NCBI GenBank assembly: GCA_038087875.1
Contig: CM075996.1
Span: forward strand, 4,776,001 to 4,840,000
Length of the DNA stretch: 64,000 nt
Direction: 5' to 3'
Source of the DNA: Malacoraja senta
Taxonomy: Eukaryota
Positions 25,567 through 38,424 of this stretch are shown here, one piece after another (position 1 is the stretch's first letter; each line of letters starts with the position of its first letter). Under the pieces are notes generated by a model, which was given only the letters and a program-made list of their open reading frames with translations, did not search any database and was not told where the DNA came from. The position numbers were made by a program, and so were the translations under genes.

Positions 25567-27029
25567 AGACGGATTTGAGAAATGAGGATGAGAATTTTAA
25601 CATCAAACCATTGCTGAACTGTGAGCATCTACAGCTCAGTTAACACAAGGTCAGCAAGTGACAAAAGAGTGCAGCATACACAAGTGTAGGTCTACTGTAC
25701 AATTTAAGTGTTTCTTACAAGTAAACCTTGTGCATTGATCCTGTTGGAACGTCACTGAAACTGATCTCTGAAGGCTTGCTGGCTTCATGAGCGAGTTTCC
25801 ACCAGCTGCTTTGGTTACATGCATCCCAGGGCTGGAGGTCGAAGGCTGAAATGTGAGAGCTGTTTGACGTGGTGATGGTTAGCACTGAAATTGCAAGATC
25901 ACATCTACATAGCCCAGCCTCATGTGCGAACAACAGGAACCTGCAGTTTAATGTTGTCAGCGCTATATCGGTGCACATTATTTACTATACTGAATATAAT
26001 AAAACTAATTATTGTCAAATTCCTGCAGCTGAATCGCGTTTCTGTAGGAGTAATGACCATTTTTCTACATCCCTGCTGTTTGGTCGAAATATTTTATTTG
26101 ACATGTGCAAATCGATGAGAACGAACCATGATTGTTTATACATTACTTCCGGATTACTCTAATAGGCTCATGAACAACGGCAACTTTAGCATTAAAAATA
26201 GTTTTTTCCTTTAAATTTTCATCTGAGATAAGAAAACGACTGTTTGATTGATAGCCAGGAATCTTTCAACTGAAAAATAAAAGATTATTTACCTTGTCAA
26301 TGGATAGTCAAAGGATGCCCGTGTGAATGGATATGTTCTGTGACCAACAATGGGAATGTGGGGCAGAGGTCATGTGATGACATTCCCAGGAGTTCATCCA
26401 ACTGGAGTTACTAGCCCTATATTATTGAAATATCATGGGAGAAGGCACACACCAACCCTGCCCTCGGCCAATGTTTACACAGATGCTTCCTTCAACAGCA
26501 ATCATACGTCAAGAATCAGATGCAGGAAACTCAGCTGATTTCCAACTTCCCTTGTAATAGGAAGCATCAGGGACAAGGAGAAGGCATCATCATCATCGAA
26601 ACTTGTTCACCCATTACAACATTGAAATACATGTTAACAAACAACCATGAATTGTCTTGGTTTTCACACTTTGCCTGATATTCTCAAAATACAATTCCAG
26701 CTCTGTTAAAAGTGATGTTCTGTGGTTTAGTTTAAGATGTATTCTGATATTAAAACTTTTGATACTCAGATTTATGCAACTGATATGTTACAGCATGTCA
26801 TTTCTTGGCAATGGAATTCTCGAAGCAGATTGATTGAGAAGTTGCCAGATATATTGACTGTGTCTACCAGAACCCCCAGGGTTAGAGCAGTGAATATGCA
26901 AGATGCTTCACACATATGGTCTGGAATTAGAAAATAACGTTTTCACAGGAAGCATCAAAAGTTCCCTCACCTGGTACTATCCAAAAGCATTATTAGAAAA
27001 AAAGGAAAACAGTAGATATTAAAAGAATT

Positions 27030-27340
27030 ATTGCATTTTACATAATGCTTCACACCTTTCTTCTAGACTGTAATAGCCACTGGAGTACTTTTTGAAGTGT
27101 AATCACAGTTGTAATGTAGCACTAATTTGCACACAGCAAGTTCGCACAAAACTGATAATGACCATTTTTTCTGCTTTTGTGATATTGATTGAGGGATAAA
27201 TATTGGCACGATACCAGAGGTGGTTCCCCAGCTCTTAGAAAAACCACTGAGCGATCCACTAGAGTGATAATCAAGACCTTCATTTAAATTCTCTTCTGAA
27301 AGATAGCACCTCTGACACTCTGATAGCACTTCTGACACCT
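27030..27340 (-). mobile_element. Old Deu-domain SINE (SacSINE1/AmnSINE1-like) remnant
   Basis: TTTGAAGTGTAATCAC.GTTGTAATGTAG, GAGGGATAAATATTGGC and TGAAAGATAGCACCTCTGACA resemble the reverse complement of the Deu-SINE consensus as recalled. Smaller remnants at about 42180-42230 and 50485-50760. Confidence 0.55.
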
Positions 27341-28384
27341 TTACCTTCACTGCTTGAGAGCATCAAATTAATTTTGTAAAGTGGGATGGAGGCCCACAAC
27401 TCTTTAATCCAGAGGTGAGAGTAGTACTCTGTGAGCCAAAAAAGACATACTTGAAAAATGAACACCAAGTTGATGCTGGTTTTAGAATATAGAACATTCT
27501 GTACAGGTGTTGGCCCTTTGGCCCACAATGTCTGTGCCGAACGCTAATACCAACTTAAAACTGCCTGTATATAATCCATATCCCTATTGTCTGAATATTC
27601 ACGTGCCTATTCAAATGTCTATTAAACGCTACTATTGTATCTGCGTCCACCCCCACCAACTGGCACCATGTTCCAGGCACTCACCACTCTCTATGTCAAA
27701 AAAACTTGCCCCGTACATCTTCTTTAAACTTCGCTCCTCTTACCTTAAAGCTATGCCCTCTAGTTACTTAATGTTCCCATCGTGTGAAAAAGGTTCTGAT
27801 AGTAGACCCTATCTATGCCCTTCATAATTTATATACTTATATAAGGTCTCCCCTTAACCTCTGAAGTTCCAGATGTTTGGGTTTTATTTGGAAAGTATAA
27901 TGATGTTATACAATAACGTCAGCTTCTCTCCTCCAAATATTCCCGTGAATTTTAAAACTCACTTCCTTGTTTTCAAATCGATATCTGCCCTTGCCCCTCC
28001 TTTTCTCCATCCAGCAAAGCACTACAATTGTTCACAATATCTTAACTCTGTTCCCTTCAACATAATCATTCTTCCTCACAATTTCTCTCTGTTGCCTTAG
28101 TTTCAAGTTCTGGAATTCGACCCCCAACGGTTCTGCATCCCTACCCCATCCCAATGAGCTTCCAAAAAAAACGATTTATATTAATTTTAAAGGTCGCCTA
28201 TCCATGTTCTCCAGAGATGCTGCCTGACCCGCTGAGTTACTCCAGCGCTTTGTGTTCTTTTATATTCATTCTAGTGTCTTCTTTTGAAGCATTCCTTTGA
28301 TTACATTCTTATGAATCGTGTCAAGATATTCCACCACATCAACAGTGATAGATAAATGTTATAAAAAATATAAATACACCGTAC

Positions 28385-28676
28385 ATTGGAGGAAATGCAC
28401 CTCATATTCCGCTTGGGCAGTCTACATCCTGGGGGCTTGAACATTGAATTCTCCCAATTCTGCTAGCCCTTGCTGTCCCCTCCCCTTCATCAGCCATCTG
28501 GTTGTCTCCTCCCATCCCCCAGCCCTCAGGCTCCTCCTCCGCCTTTTTCCTTTTTTCCTTTCTTCTCCCCACCCCCTATCAGTCTGAAGAAGGGTTTCGG
28601 CCCGAAACGTTGCCCGTTTCCTTCGCTCCATAGATGCTGCTGCACCTGCTGAGTTTCTCCAGCATTTTTGTGTACC
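28385..28676 (+). mobile_element. Penelope-like 3' fragment/terminal repeat
   Basis: LEEMHLIFRLG codons followed by the CTGAAGAAGGGTTTCGGCCCGAAACGTT terminus; near-identical to 55556-55843. Confidence 0.85.
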
Positions 28677-30661
28677 ATATATAAATGTAAGTTGAGTTTC
28701 GAAATCTAGCTTAGAATTTTGATTGGAATCCCACACCTTACTGTAGAGAAAAATGCTGTGTAGGTTTAATCCCAAAGACATGAGAAAAAGGGTGCATTAC
28801 GTTGCAAAGACATGCATCCAAAGTGTTCTCCTGTACTGGATTATTTTTATAATATAGAACTGACCTGCAATCAACTCACAAATACATACTCGTTAGAGCC
28901 ATGGCAGATCTACGCTGTTAATGCAATAAGAATGGGTTGCAGTGCCTCACCTCAGAGATGCTAACTTTTATAAGATTAACTGTAGACTCTTACTTTTTAT
29001 TACCGGAAGAAAAGCTCACAAAATAAGTTTGACAGCATTTCAGGACTGCCCTGAAGTTCAGTACCTCCTTGGGAAAGAAACTGGTATTCAAACGAAGATG
29101 TTTATTAAGTAAAAGAAAACCTTACAGTGTCAGGCTGCATTCTTCCACACGAAACACCGTTGTCACAAAGAATGTATTTGGATGCAAGGTGCAATTCTTA
29201 AAGTGATACCAATCAATATTACTAAGGCTGCATACTCTCCAGTTTCCAAGATTCAGCAGAAAGCCACCTAGGTGAAAGATCACTATCTGAATTTTTTTTT
29301 TTAAATGCTCATTCTTCATTTTGTTTGAACATCTTTGTTTATTAATTGTAAAAATATCGATGATGACATTAAATTGGAATAGGAAAGTTTTCAGGATGGG
29401 CATGTTGGCACCAGGCATGTTGGTGCCAATACCAGGACAGTTGAAGGCAGGAAGTTGTGCCGTGACTCCTCCAGGAATACAGGCAGCTGAATCCTATCCT
29501 GTAAATGCCAGGCAATGTCCACATAATGAGTCAATTCATTTGTCTACACCCCTGCTGTTTGTAGCAAATGTATTGCTCCATCATCTTCCTGATATTTCTA
29601 TCAGCCAGATTATGCCCCAGAGGTGTTACTAGCAACTGTGGGATAATTCTCACAAAGTTGGCATATGATGTACCTCCTGTGACTTGCTCCTTGAGTCTCC
29701 GATTACCTGGAGGTTAAGGATTAATCAAACCACGCCTCTTGTTCAGACAGAAACTCAACAAAGGCTCATGTAGAATTATACAACATTATACACGGAAAGA
29801 AGCTTAAACTGATCCAACTTGCTTTTATAATGCCTTCCACCATCCCTCATCTAAACCTTCAACATCATTTGTTATTATCTCCTTTGTGTTACCCTGGCAT
29901 CCATGATATGTACAATGTTATTTGTGTTACACTGTCCATGGTAGTGCGTCCATATTCTAACCACACTTTGGGTAAATGGATTTCTGCAGGATTTCTTGGT
30001 AACAATGTTATATTGGCTGCCTCTGGTTTTCCTCTGCCCTGCAACAATTGGGATATAATTTTGTCCTCCCTCATCACCTGCACTAAACATAGAAGTGTCT
30101 GTACTTAGTGGTCCATTCCCAAAATGAATGCTATTGCATTGACTATCTAAATCTTTCATATCTTTAAAGACCTCTAAAAAGGCCATTTCATGAGTGAAAT
30201 GTTGACAATTCCATTTCCTGCAGAGAAACTACTCAACCTGCTGAGTTCTTCCAACAGTTTGGTTTTTTTGCTAAAGAGGCAAAGGGGGTTTGACAGCCAA
30301 TAAGGAGAGGAGGATTGGGACTGCATTGCTGAGAGTCTGTATGGATCCAATAGGCCAAATAAACTCCTCTGCATGGTAACTCCTCTGTGGTAACCTGCCT
30401 TTTATCTGAGGTGCAGGGCCAGACACTGTCCAACATTTATGTTCCATGTTATTGTAATAAATAAAGTACAGACGGGAGGAATGGGACTTCTCCGTGTGAT
30501 CTTAAGGCTAATATAAGTGTTGGTTACATTAAACAGCAGTTGGAAATCCCACTGCAGATTCAGCTTTCTATTGAGATAAGCAGCAGAAGTTTCTGACTGC
30601 GGGAGGCTAGAGTCAAAGAGCATACAAGGTGTACAAAGCCTCGTCTTTTTCTGAGGATAAC

Positions 30662-32996
30662 CTTCAAGAAAAATTTATTCCTATGAAGAAAAAAAGGGGT
30701 AAGGGAAAGAACAGTCAGCCATGGCTCAGTAAAACTATAAAGGATAGTATTCGGCTGAAGGCAAGGGCATATAAGGTAGCTAGAGATAGTGGGAGGGTAG
30801 AGGATTGGGAAGCATTTAAAGGTCAGCAAAAAATAACTAAGAGATTAATTAAGACGGGGAAAATAGACTATGAAAGGAATTTAGCGAACAACATAAAAAC
30901 TAATAGTAAGAGTTTTTATAGCTATATAAAAAGAAAAAGGGTGGCTAAGGTGAACGTTGGTCCATTGGAGGGTGAGACTGGAGAGTTGTTGGTGGGGAAC
31001 ATGGAAATGGCAAAGGCATTAAACGAGTATTTTGTATCAGTCTTCACCATAGAAGACACAAAAAATATTCCAACGCTGGATAAACAGGGGGCGGTAGGAA
31101 TGGAGGAGCTAAATACTATTAAGATCACCAAGGAGGTGGTATTAGGGAAATTAATGAGACTGAAGGAGGATAAATCCCCTGGGCCTGATGGATTACATCC
31201 AAGGGTCTTGAGGGAGATAGCAGTGGGGATTGTGGATGCATTGGTGATAATTTTCCAAAACTCCCTGGAGGCAGGAACGGTCCCAGTGGATTGGAAAATG
31301 GCCAATGTAACACCTATATTTAAAAAAGGAAGTAAACAGAAGGCGGGTAACTATAGACCGGTTAGTCTAACATCGGTGGTGGGTAAAATGTTAGAGACAA
31401 TTATTAAAGAAACACTAACGGGGCACTTGGATAAACATGACTTCATCGGACAGAACCAGCATGGTTTTGTGAAGGGGAAGTCCTGTTTAACGAATCTGCT
31501 CGAATTCTTTGAGGAAGTAACAACCCGGGTGGATAAAGGGGAACCGGTGGATGTGGTATACTTGGACTTCCAAAAGGCTTTTGACAAGGTGCCACATAAG
31601 AGACTATTGCTAAAAATAAAAAATTATGGGATTGGGGGTAATATATTAGCATGGGTAGAGGATTGGCTAACAAATAGGAAGCAGAGAGTGGGGATAAATG
31701 GTTCATACTCGGGATGGCAACCGGTAACTAGCGGGGTTCTGCAAGGGTCGGTGCTGGGACCCCAGTTGTTCACAATTTATATAAATGATTTGGAGGAGGG
31801 AACCAAGTGTAATATATCAAAATTTGCGGACGATACAAAAATGGGAGGAAAAGTAGGGGATGAGGAGGATAGGAAGAGTCTGCAAAAGGATATAGATAAG
31901 CTAGGTGAGTGGGCAACAACTTGGCAGATGAAATTTAATACTAATAAATGTGAAGTCATTCACTTTGGGAAAAAAAATGATAGGGCAAGTTATTTTCTAA
32001 ATGAGGTGGAGCTGCGTTGTAATGCAACGCAAAGGGATCTAGGGGTAGTAGTACATGAATCACTAAAAGTTAGTATGCAGGTGCAGCAAGCAATCAGGAA
32101 GGCCAATGGAGTTTTGGCCTTTATTGCTAGGGGGATTGAGTATAAAAACACGGAGGTCTTGCTGCAGCTGTACACAGTATTAGTGAGACCACATTTGGAA
32201 TACTGTGTACAGTTCTGGGGTCCATACTTAAGAAAGGATGTACTGGCCCTGGAGGCAGTGCAGCGAAGGTTTACAAGATTAATTCCTGCAATGAGGGGAT
32301 TGACATATGAGGAAAGGTTAAGTAGGCTGGAACTCTACTCTTTGGAGTTTAGAAGAATGAGAGGCGATCTCATTGAAACATATAAGATCGTGAGGGGCCT
32401 TGATCGGGTGGATGCACCGAGGATGTTCCCAATGATCGGGGAAACTAGAACTAGGGGACATAGTTGTAGAATAAGAGGGGGCTCTTTTAAAACTGAGATG
32501 AGGAAGAACTTCTTCACCCAGAGGGTGGTTAATTTATGGAATTCACTGCCCCAGGGAGCAGTGGAAGCAGAAACATTAAATATATTTAAGTCTAAAATAG
32601 ATGTTTTTTTAGCTGCCAAGGGGATAAGGGGCTACGGGGAGAGGGCAGGGATATGGACCTAGGTATGGTTAGTATAGTAAGACCTGAGTGATCTCCTGGA
32701 CAAGTGTCGATCGCCTGGATTGGGGTCGGAGAGGAATTTCCCGGATTTTTTTCCCGAATTGGACCTGGGTTTTTATCCGTTTTTTTGCCTCCCCCAGGAG
32801 ATCACGCGGTTCTTGGGGTGGAGAGGGGTGATAGCGATATAAAGGGGAGGGTAGTGTCTTGTGTTCTGTGTCTTGTGTCTACTCTTTGTGGGTAAGGGTG
32901 TCTGTTTAGTGTTCAGCCATGAGCGAATGGCGGTGCGGGCTCGATGGGCCTGGTGGTCTACTCTCGCACCTACTTTCTATGTTTCTATGTTTCTAT
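30662..32996 (+). mobile_element. Young 5'-truncated CR1/HER1-like LINE with an uninterrupted RT reading frame to 32662
   Basis: KSPGPDG, NYRPVSLTS, QHGF, LDFQKAFDKV, QGSVLGP and FADD motifs; no endonuclease domain; (TTTCTATG)n tail; GATAAC duplication (30656-30661 and 32997-33002) confirmed by the empty-site copy near 34939. The first 11 codons of ORF 30629..32662 come from flanking DNA. Confidence 0.95.
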
Positions 32997-35900
32997 GATA
33001 ACTTTCCATGCCTGTCTCTTGTCTCACATTCTGCTGCATTATGGGGAATTGTGAGTCAGACCCAGAAAGGGCTCTGTGCAGGAGATAAGCACGCTATTGT
33101 CATTGGCAACTGCTGTGATCTCTTAATGTTATGATTAAAGATAATGCTGAACATGTTAATTTATTTTAATGATAAGATATCAAGAATAAGTTGTCACAAG
33201 AACTCAGATGGGGACCCTGTGGTAACCTGCCTTTTATCTGAGGTGCAGGGCCAGACATTGTCCAACATATATGTTCCATGTGGGGCAGTTTGCAACCTTC
33301 TTCATCTTTCCCTGTTAGCAGATCTTTCCATTCCTTCCTTGCATGGAACCCTCTGTAATAAATTCACATTTTTCTCCATCATTTCATGTGACAATAAGTT
33401 CCACACTCACATCAAGTTTTTTGTGAATTCTATGCTGGATTTGTTAGTGACTCTCTTGTATTTGGTCACTGTTTCCTGGTCCTTGTTTCCTCCATTACTG
33501 GAAAATCTACTTTCACTTTCTCAAATCCTTTCCTTATTTTAGAAATCTCTGTTTGGTAACCCCTAAGCCTCCTCTTTTCTGTAGAATAGGGCCAGCCTGA
33601 TGATTCTCCACTACAGTCATCATCTTATAGTTCTAGATATCCTTGTAAATCTCTGGGACTTACATTAAGCTCAAAACCATGGACAATATTTCACAAAATG
33701 CTGGAGTAACTCAGCAGGTCAGGCAGCATCTCTGTAGAAAAGGAATAGGTGACGTTCCGTGTCGAGACTCTTCTTCAGACTGCGAGTCTGGGGAAAGGGA
33801 AACTAGAGATATGAAATGGTATAATGTGTGAAGATTCAGGTATTTCTCACTTTGTCCCAAGCAACATATCCCTATTAGTTGTCTTAGCTCAAGTGAAGTT
33901 AGGATATACGAGCAGGATACGACGGAGACATTGAAGGTGTAATGATTTTTCCTTGAGTATACAGCAGTCCACATTTTGTTGTCATTGGTAGATTACAATA
34001 CTCCAATATGCCCTGATCACCTCAGTCCTCAAGAGGGAAGTCATACATTCCCACCCACCCAACTCCCAACTTTGCCTCAGTCTGCGAGGATCTCTCAGAG
34101 TCAAGAAAATGAGAGGTGAAGTAGGTTAAACGACACAATAGATGGAATGATGCTAAAAAGTAACAACAGATATATTTTTTAAATTATTATAGTCATTACA
34201 TTGGAAAGTTAAAAATTGATTGAACATAAGCTGTCACTTTTCTGGTTTTCCTCAGTTTGGTAGACTGAATTAGTAATGCATGAGAATGTGAGATTTCTAT
34301 TAATAAGAATAAACTACAGGCGTGTTTGCGGATGAATGTTTTAATGAGGCACCTGTTAGAGCGGAACTGCCTTATTTCTGGACACCCCCACAAATAGAAA
34401 CAACTTCTCTGCATCTATCATAGACGTTTCTGTATTCTTTTCTCAAATGTTTGCCAGCACAGGACTGGATTTCAACAAATATCCCGTGCTCACCTAACAG
34501 ATGAACATTGGGAAGGCTGGCCCTTCACCCACCCTTTGGATGCTTATTGCCTTCCTGGTTCCTGCAAAAAGCTGCAAATGGAAACCTGTTTGACCCCCAT
34601 CTGCAAGTTTCAGAAATGTCTAAAAGAGAGACTGTGTCACACTGGCTTTTTCCATCTGAAGCAAACAGCTGGCAGCATATAAACAATAAACTCATCTGAA
34701 TCTGGCCAAAACAGTAGCAAACGGAATTCAATCCAGAGAAGTGTGAGGTCATGTGTCTGGAGATTGGCAGCAAGTCAGGTAGAGTACAATAAATGGGAGC
34801 ATATTGAGTGGCGTGGAACGACAAAGCATCATTGACAGATTTTCAGCTTTCTATTGAGATAAGCAGCAGAAGTTTCTGACTGCGGGAGGCTAGAGTCAAA
34901 GAGCATACAAGGTGTACAAAGCCTCGTGTTTTTCTGAGGATAACTTTCCATGCCTGTCTCTTGTCTCACATTCTGCTGCATTGTGGGGAATTGTGAGTCA
35001 GACCCAGAAAGAGCCCAGTGCCATCCAGGACAAAGTATCTGGCTAATGATCTGGTGTACTTAATCAACACCCAATCTACCTCTCTGAACATTCACCCCCT
35101 CCACCATGGTGGGCAACCATGATTGCAGATGTACTCTTCTATAAAACATTACTGCCATTGCTCATCAGATTCCATACTTATAGGCTCTGCACTTAGAAAA
35201 GAAAGTGCAGCAAATGCAAAGGAATGTCGGAACCAAATAATTTCCCCCAACTGGCCACTTCTCCAAGCCACACACTAACCTGATGATAGAGCTTCCCTGC
35301 TTTTACCACACCAGCCACCACATCTAACACATCATATTCTGACAATTCCGGCACCTCCAACATGATCCCACCACTAGTCACATCTTCAAATCTCCACCTC
35401 ATTCCGCCTTCTGCAGAGACTGCTCCCTGCGCAACTCCTTGGTTCACATCCCTTCTCACTCAGACCACCCCCCAATCAAGGTACTTGCCTCTGCAAACGC
35501 ATGAGATGTAACACCTGCCCTTATCCCTTCTCCCTTCTCCCTCGTCTCCATCCAGAGATCCCAGCAGTCCTCATCTACTGCATCCGGTGTTCCCGATGTG
35601 GCCTCCTGTACCTCGGTGAAACCAACAGATCCTTAAAAGTAGCCGAGCGGATCAATAAGGTGATTAAAGTGACATGTGGGATGCTTTCATTCATAGAACA
35701 GTACAGCACAGGAACAGGTCCCTTAGCTCACAATGTATGTGCTAAACATGGCGCAATGCCATGATTGAGGGTGAATAAGAGCAAGGTACCTATGTTGGGC
35801 CTGTGCACAATACTAATTAGACCATAGACATGAGTGTGCAGTTCTGGTCACCACATTACAGGGAAGATGCATACCAAATATCGTTGCACCTATGTGCAAT

Positions 35901-36095
35901 GACAATAAAAGATATTATTATTATTATTATATTATTATTAGATGCAGAGGTGATTTATAAGCATGTCACCTTGATTGGATGAATTTAGCTCTGAGCAAAG
36001 TTTGGAAAAGCACAGGCTTGTTGTCTGTAGACCAGGTGAGGCAAAGGGAGACATTTATTGAGGTGTACAAAAATATGAAAGACCTAGAAAGTAAA

Positions 36096-36619
36096 TACCA
36101 ACTATAAACATGTGGATTTCAAATATGTTCGAAACATTACACCTAGAAGAGATAAGACTCCTCCTAGCAGGTAAACCAGATCACTTCCACCTGACGTGGT
36201 CTGCATTTATAGAATTATTACAAATATAGGGTGCAAAGGTACCTTTAAAAAAAATTGAGGTCAGGTAAGGGGGGATGATAGTTGAAGAGTTGGTATGTCC
36301 CATTTACGTAATGCTCATAAAAATATTTGTTTCTCTCTTTTTCCTCTTTCTCTTTCTCTTTCTTTTCTAGGGTCTATTTCTTAACTCTTTTTCTTTTGTT
36401 TTTAATTTTGCTCTTATAGGGTCTTCGTCCTTTTTTGTTGTCACATTTTCTACACTCTCACTTTTTCCTTCACTTTCTTCTTTCTTTCAATCTTTTCCTT
36501 TTCTAGTGTAAAAAATAAATGGAGTACATTAATTGTAAGAAGACATAAGTGATGAGTACTAATGTATGTGGTTGTAATGTAATGTACTTCTAATAAATAA
36601 AAAATTAAAACAAAAAAAA
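36096..36619 (+). mobile_element. L1-clade 3' fragment (ORF2 end, T-rich 3' UTR, AATAAA, poly(A))
   Basis: PTINMWISNMFETLHLEEIRLLLAGK...WSAFIELLQI*, homologous to the C-terminus of the L1 at 4861-6700; flanked by 115-bp direct repeats. Confidence 0.85.
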
Positions 36620-37404
36620 GAATTTAGCTCTGAGCAAAGTTTGGAAAAGCACAGGCTTCTTGTCTGTAGACCAGGTGAGGCAAAGGGAGACATTTATTGA
36701 GGTGTACAAAAATATGAAAGACCTAGAAAGTAAAAATAGGAAGAACCTATTTGCCTTAGAAGCAAGGTCGAAGAACAAGTTCAGATTTGCAAAACAATTA
36801 GAGGGGAGTTGAGGAAACAATTTTTCATCTAAAGGGTGCTGCTGTTGTGGAACTCACTGCATAAAAGAGTGGTATTTGTAGAAATCCTCAGGTGCAAAGA
36901 TATTTGGGTGTGTATGTGAGGACCCGTGACCTGCAAGGCTATGGAACAAGCCCTGAAACGTGACCGAGAAACAAAGGTGCTGGAGGAGCTCAGCGGGTCA
37001 GGCGATATCCGTGGCGGGAAAAGGACAGACAACTTTAAAGGTTGAAATGGAGGAACTCAGCAGCCTGACCCACTGAGTTCCTCCAGAAGTTTGTTTTTGA
37101 TCAAGACTCCAGCATCTGCAGTCTGCTGTGTCTCTATTTTACCCCTGAAGGATGAAGCTAGGCTTTTTGACCAATATGGAAACATGATCAGAGAGGTCCT
37201 GCCGTGTCACATATTTTTAATGATACTGTGAATATGTACCTGCTTGTGTACATGTGCACTTGCTTCCATGTTTGTGCATGCATGTGAATGGTGTATTTGT
37301 GTGGATATATATGGGTGTGTAATGTATGTTTCATTGTGTGTGTGAGCATGTGTCATATTCCGTTTGGGTATGAACATTGAATTCTTCAATTTTTGGTAAC
37401 CTTT

Positions 37405-37681
37405 TTTCTCCTTTTTAAAATCTTTTTTTTTTTTTTTTTTTCCCTCTCTTTTTTTCTTTCTCTTTCTTTATATCTTTACGGGTTCTTTCTCTCTATTTTT
37501 TCACGAACTATCAATATCACTACTTTACTTAACTTTCTCTTTCCCTCTCTTTCTTGCTTCTGTTACTTCTCTATTATTCAATTTAAAACAAGAAGTTGTA
37601 CACGAAATGTATTATGTTATGTTATACACGGTTTATACTACTGTACATTGCTTCTAATAAAAATATTAATTAAAAAAAAAA
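37405..37681 (+). mobile_element. L1-type 3' UTR/poly(A) fragment
   Basis: T-rich body, CTTCTAATAAAAA signal and A tail; matches the reverse complement of 4946-5113. Confidence 0.6.
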
Positions 37682-38045
37682 TGTTTGTAACCTCTACAAC
37701 CTCCCCCTCCCCTTTCTCCCCCGCACCTATGTTTCTATGTTTCTTCCCCCATCCCCTGTGCCTCATCTAAACTTGCACCTTTTTCTCTCCCCCCCCCCCC
37801 CCCCCCCACCTATGTTTCTTCCTCTAGCTTCCCAATTTGCAACTCTTCAATCCTTTTATCTCACATCTACTTTTTCAACTCTGGCCTCTGGTCCAACCAT
37901 ATGCCTATCAAAATAATCCTTGCCTGTGTTCACCTATTATCTGCCAAGCTTCGGCCTCCCTAGCTTTCTTTCCTGCCCTCTCCAATCAGTCTGAGGATGG
38001 GTCCCGACCCAAAACGTCGCCTATCCATGTTCTCCAGGGATGCTG

Positions 38046-38424
38046 TGTGTTAGAAGGAACTGCAGATGCATGGTTTAAACCGAAGATAGGCGCAAAAAGC
38101 TGGAGTAACTCAGCGGGACCGGCAGCATCTCTGGAGAGAAGGAATGGGTGACGTTTCGCGTCGAGACCCTTCTTCAGGCGGAACTAATTTTTCTGTCTAT
38201 TCTTCAGTCTGAAGAAGGGTCTCGACGCGAAACGTCACCCATTCCTTCTCTCCAGAGATCATTCTTCAGTCTGAAGAAGGGTCTCGACACGAAACGTCAC
38301 CCATTCCTTCTCTCCAGAGATCATTCTTCAGTCTGAAGAAGGGTCTCAACGCGGAAACGTCACCCATTCCTTCTCTCCAGAGATGCTGCCTGTCCCGCTG
38401 AGTTACTCCAGCATTTTGTGTCCA
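38046..38424. mobile_element. Inverted Penelope terminal-repeat insertion with a 62-bp tandem trimer, nested in an older Penelope terminus
   Basis: 15-bp TSD TCTCCAGGGATGCTG (38031-38045 and 38425-38439); oppositely oriented arms; repeat units start at 38199, 38261 and 38323. Confidence 0.85.

Noticed and set aside
30629..32662. 677-aa reverse transcriptase as a host gene or novel RT system
   Set aside because: It is a 5'-truncated CR1 LINE with a tail, a TSD and an empty-site copy; the start codon comes from flanking DNA.
38199..38384. CRISPR-like regularly spaced repeats
   Set aside because: Whole 62-bp units repeat with no unique spacers, there are no cas genes, and the context is eukaryotic.
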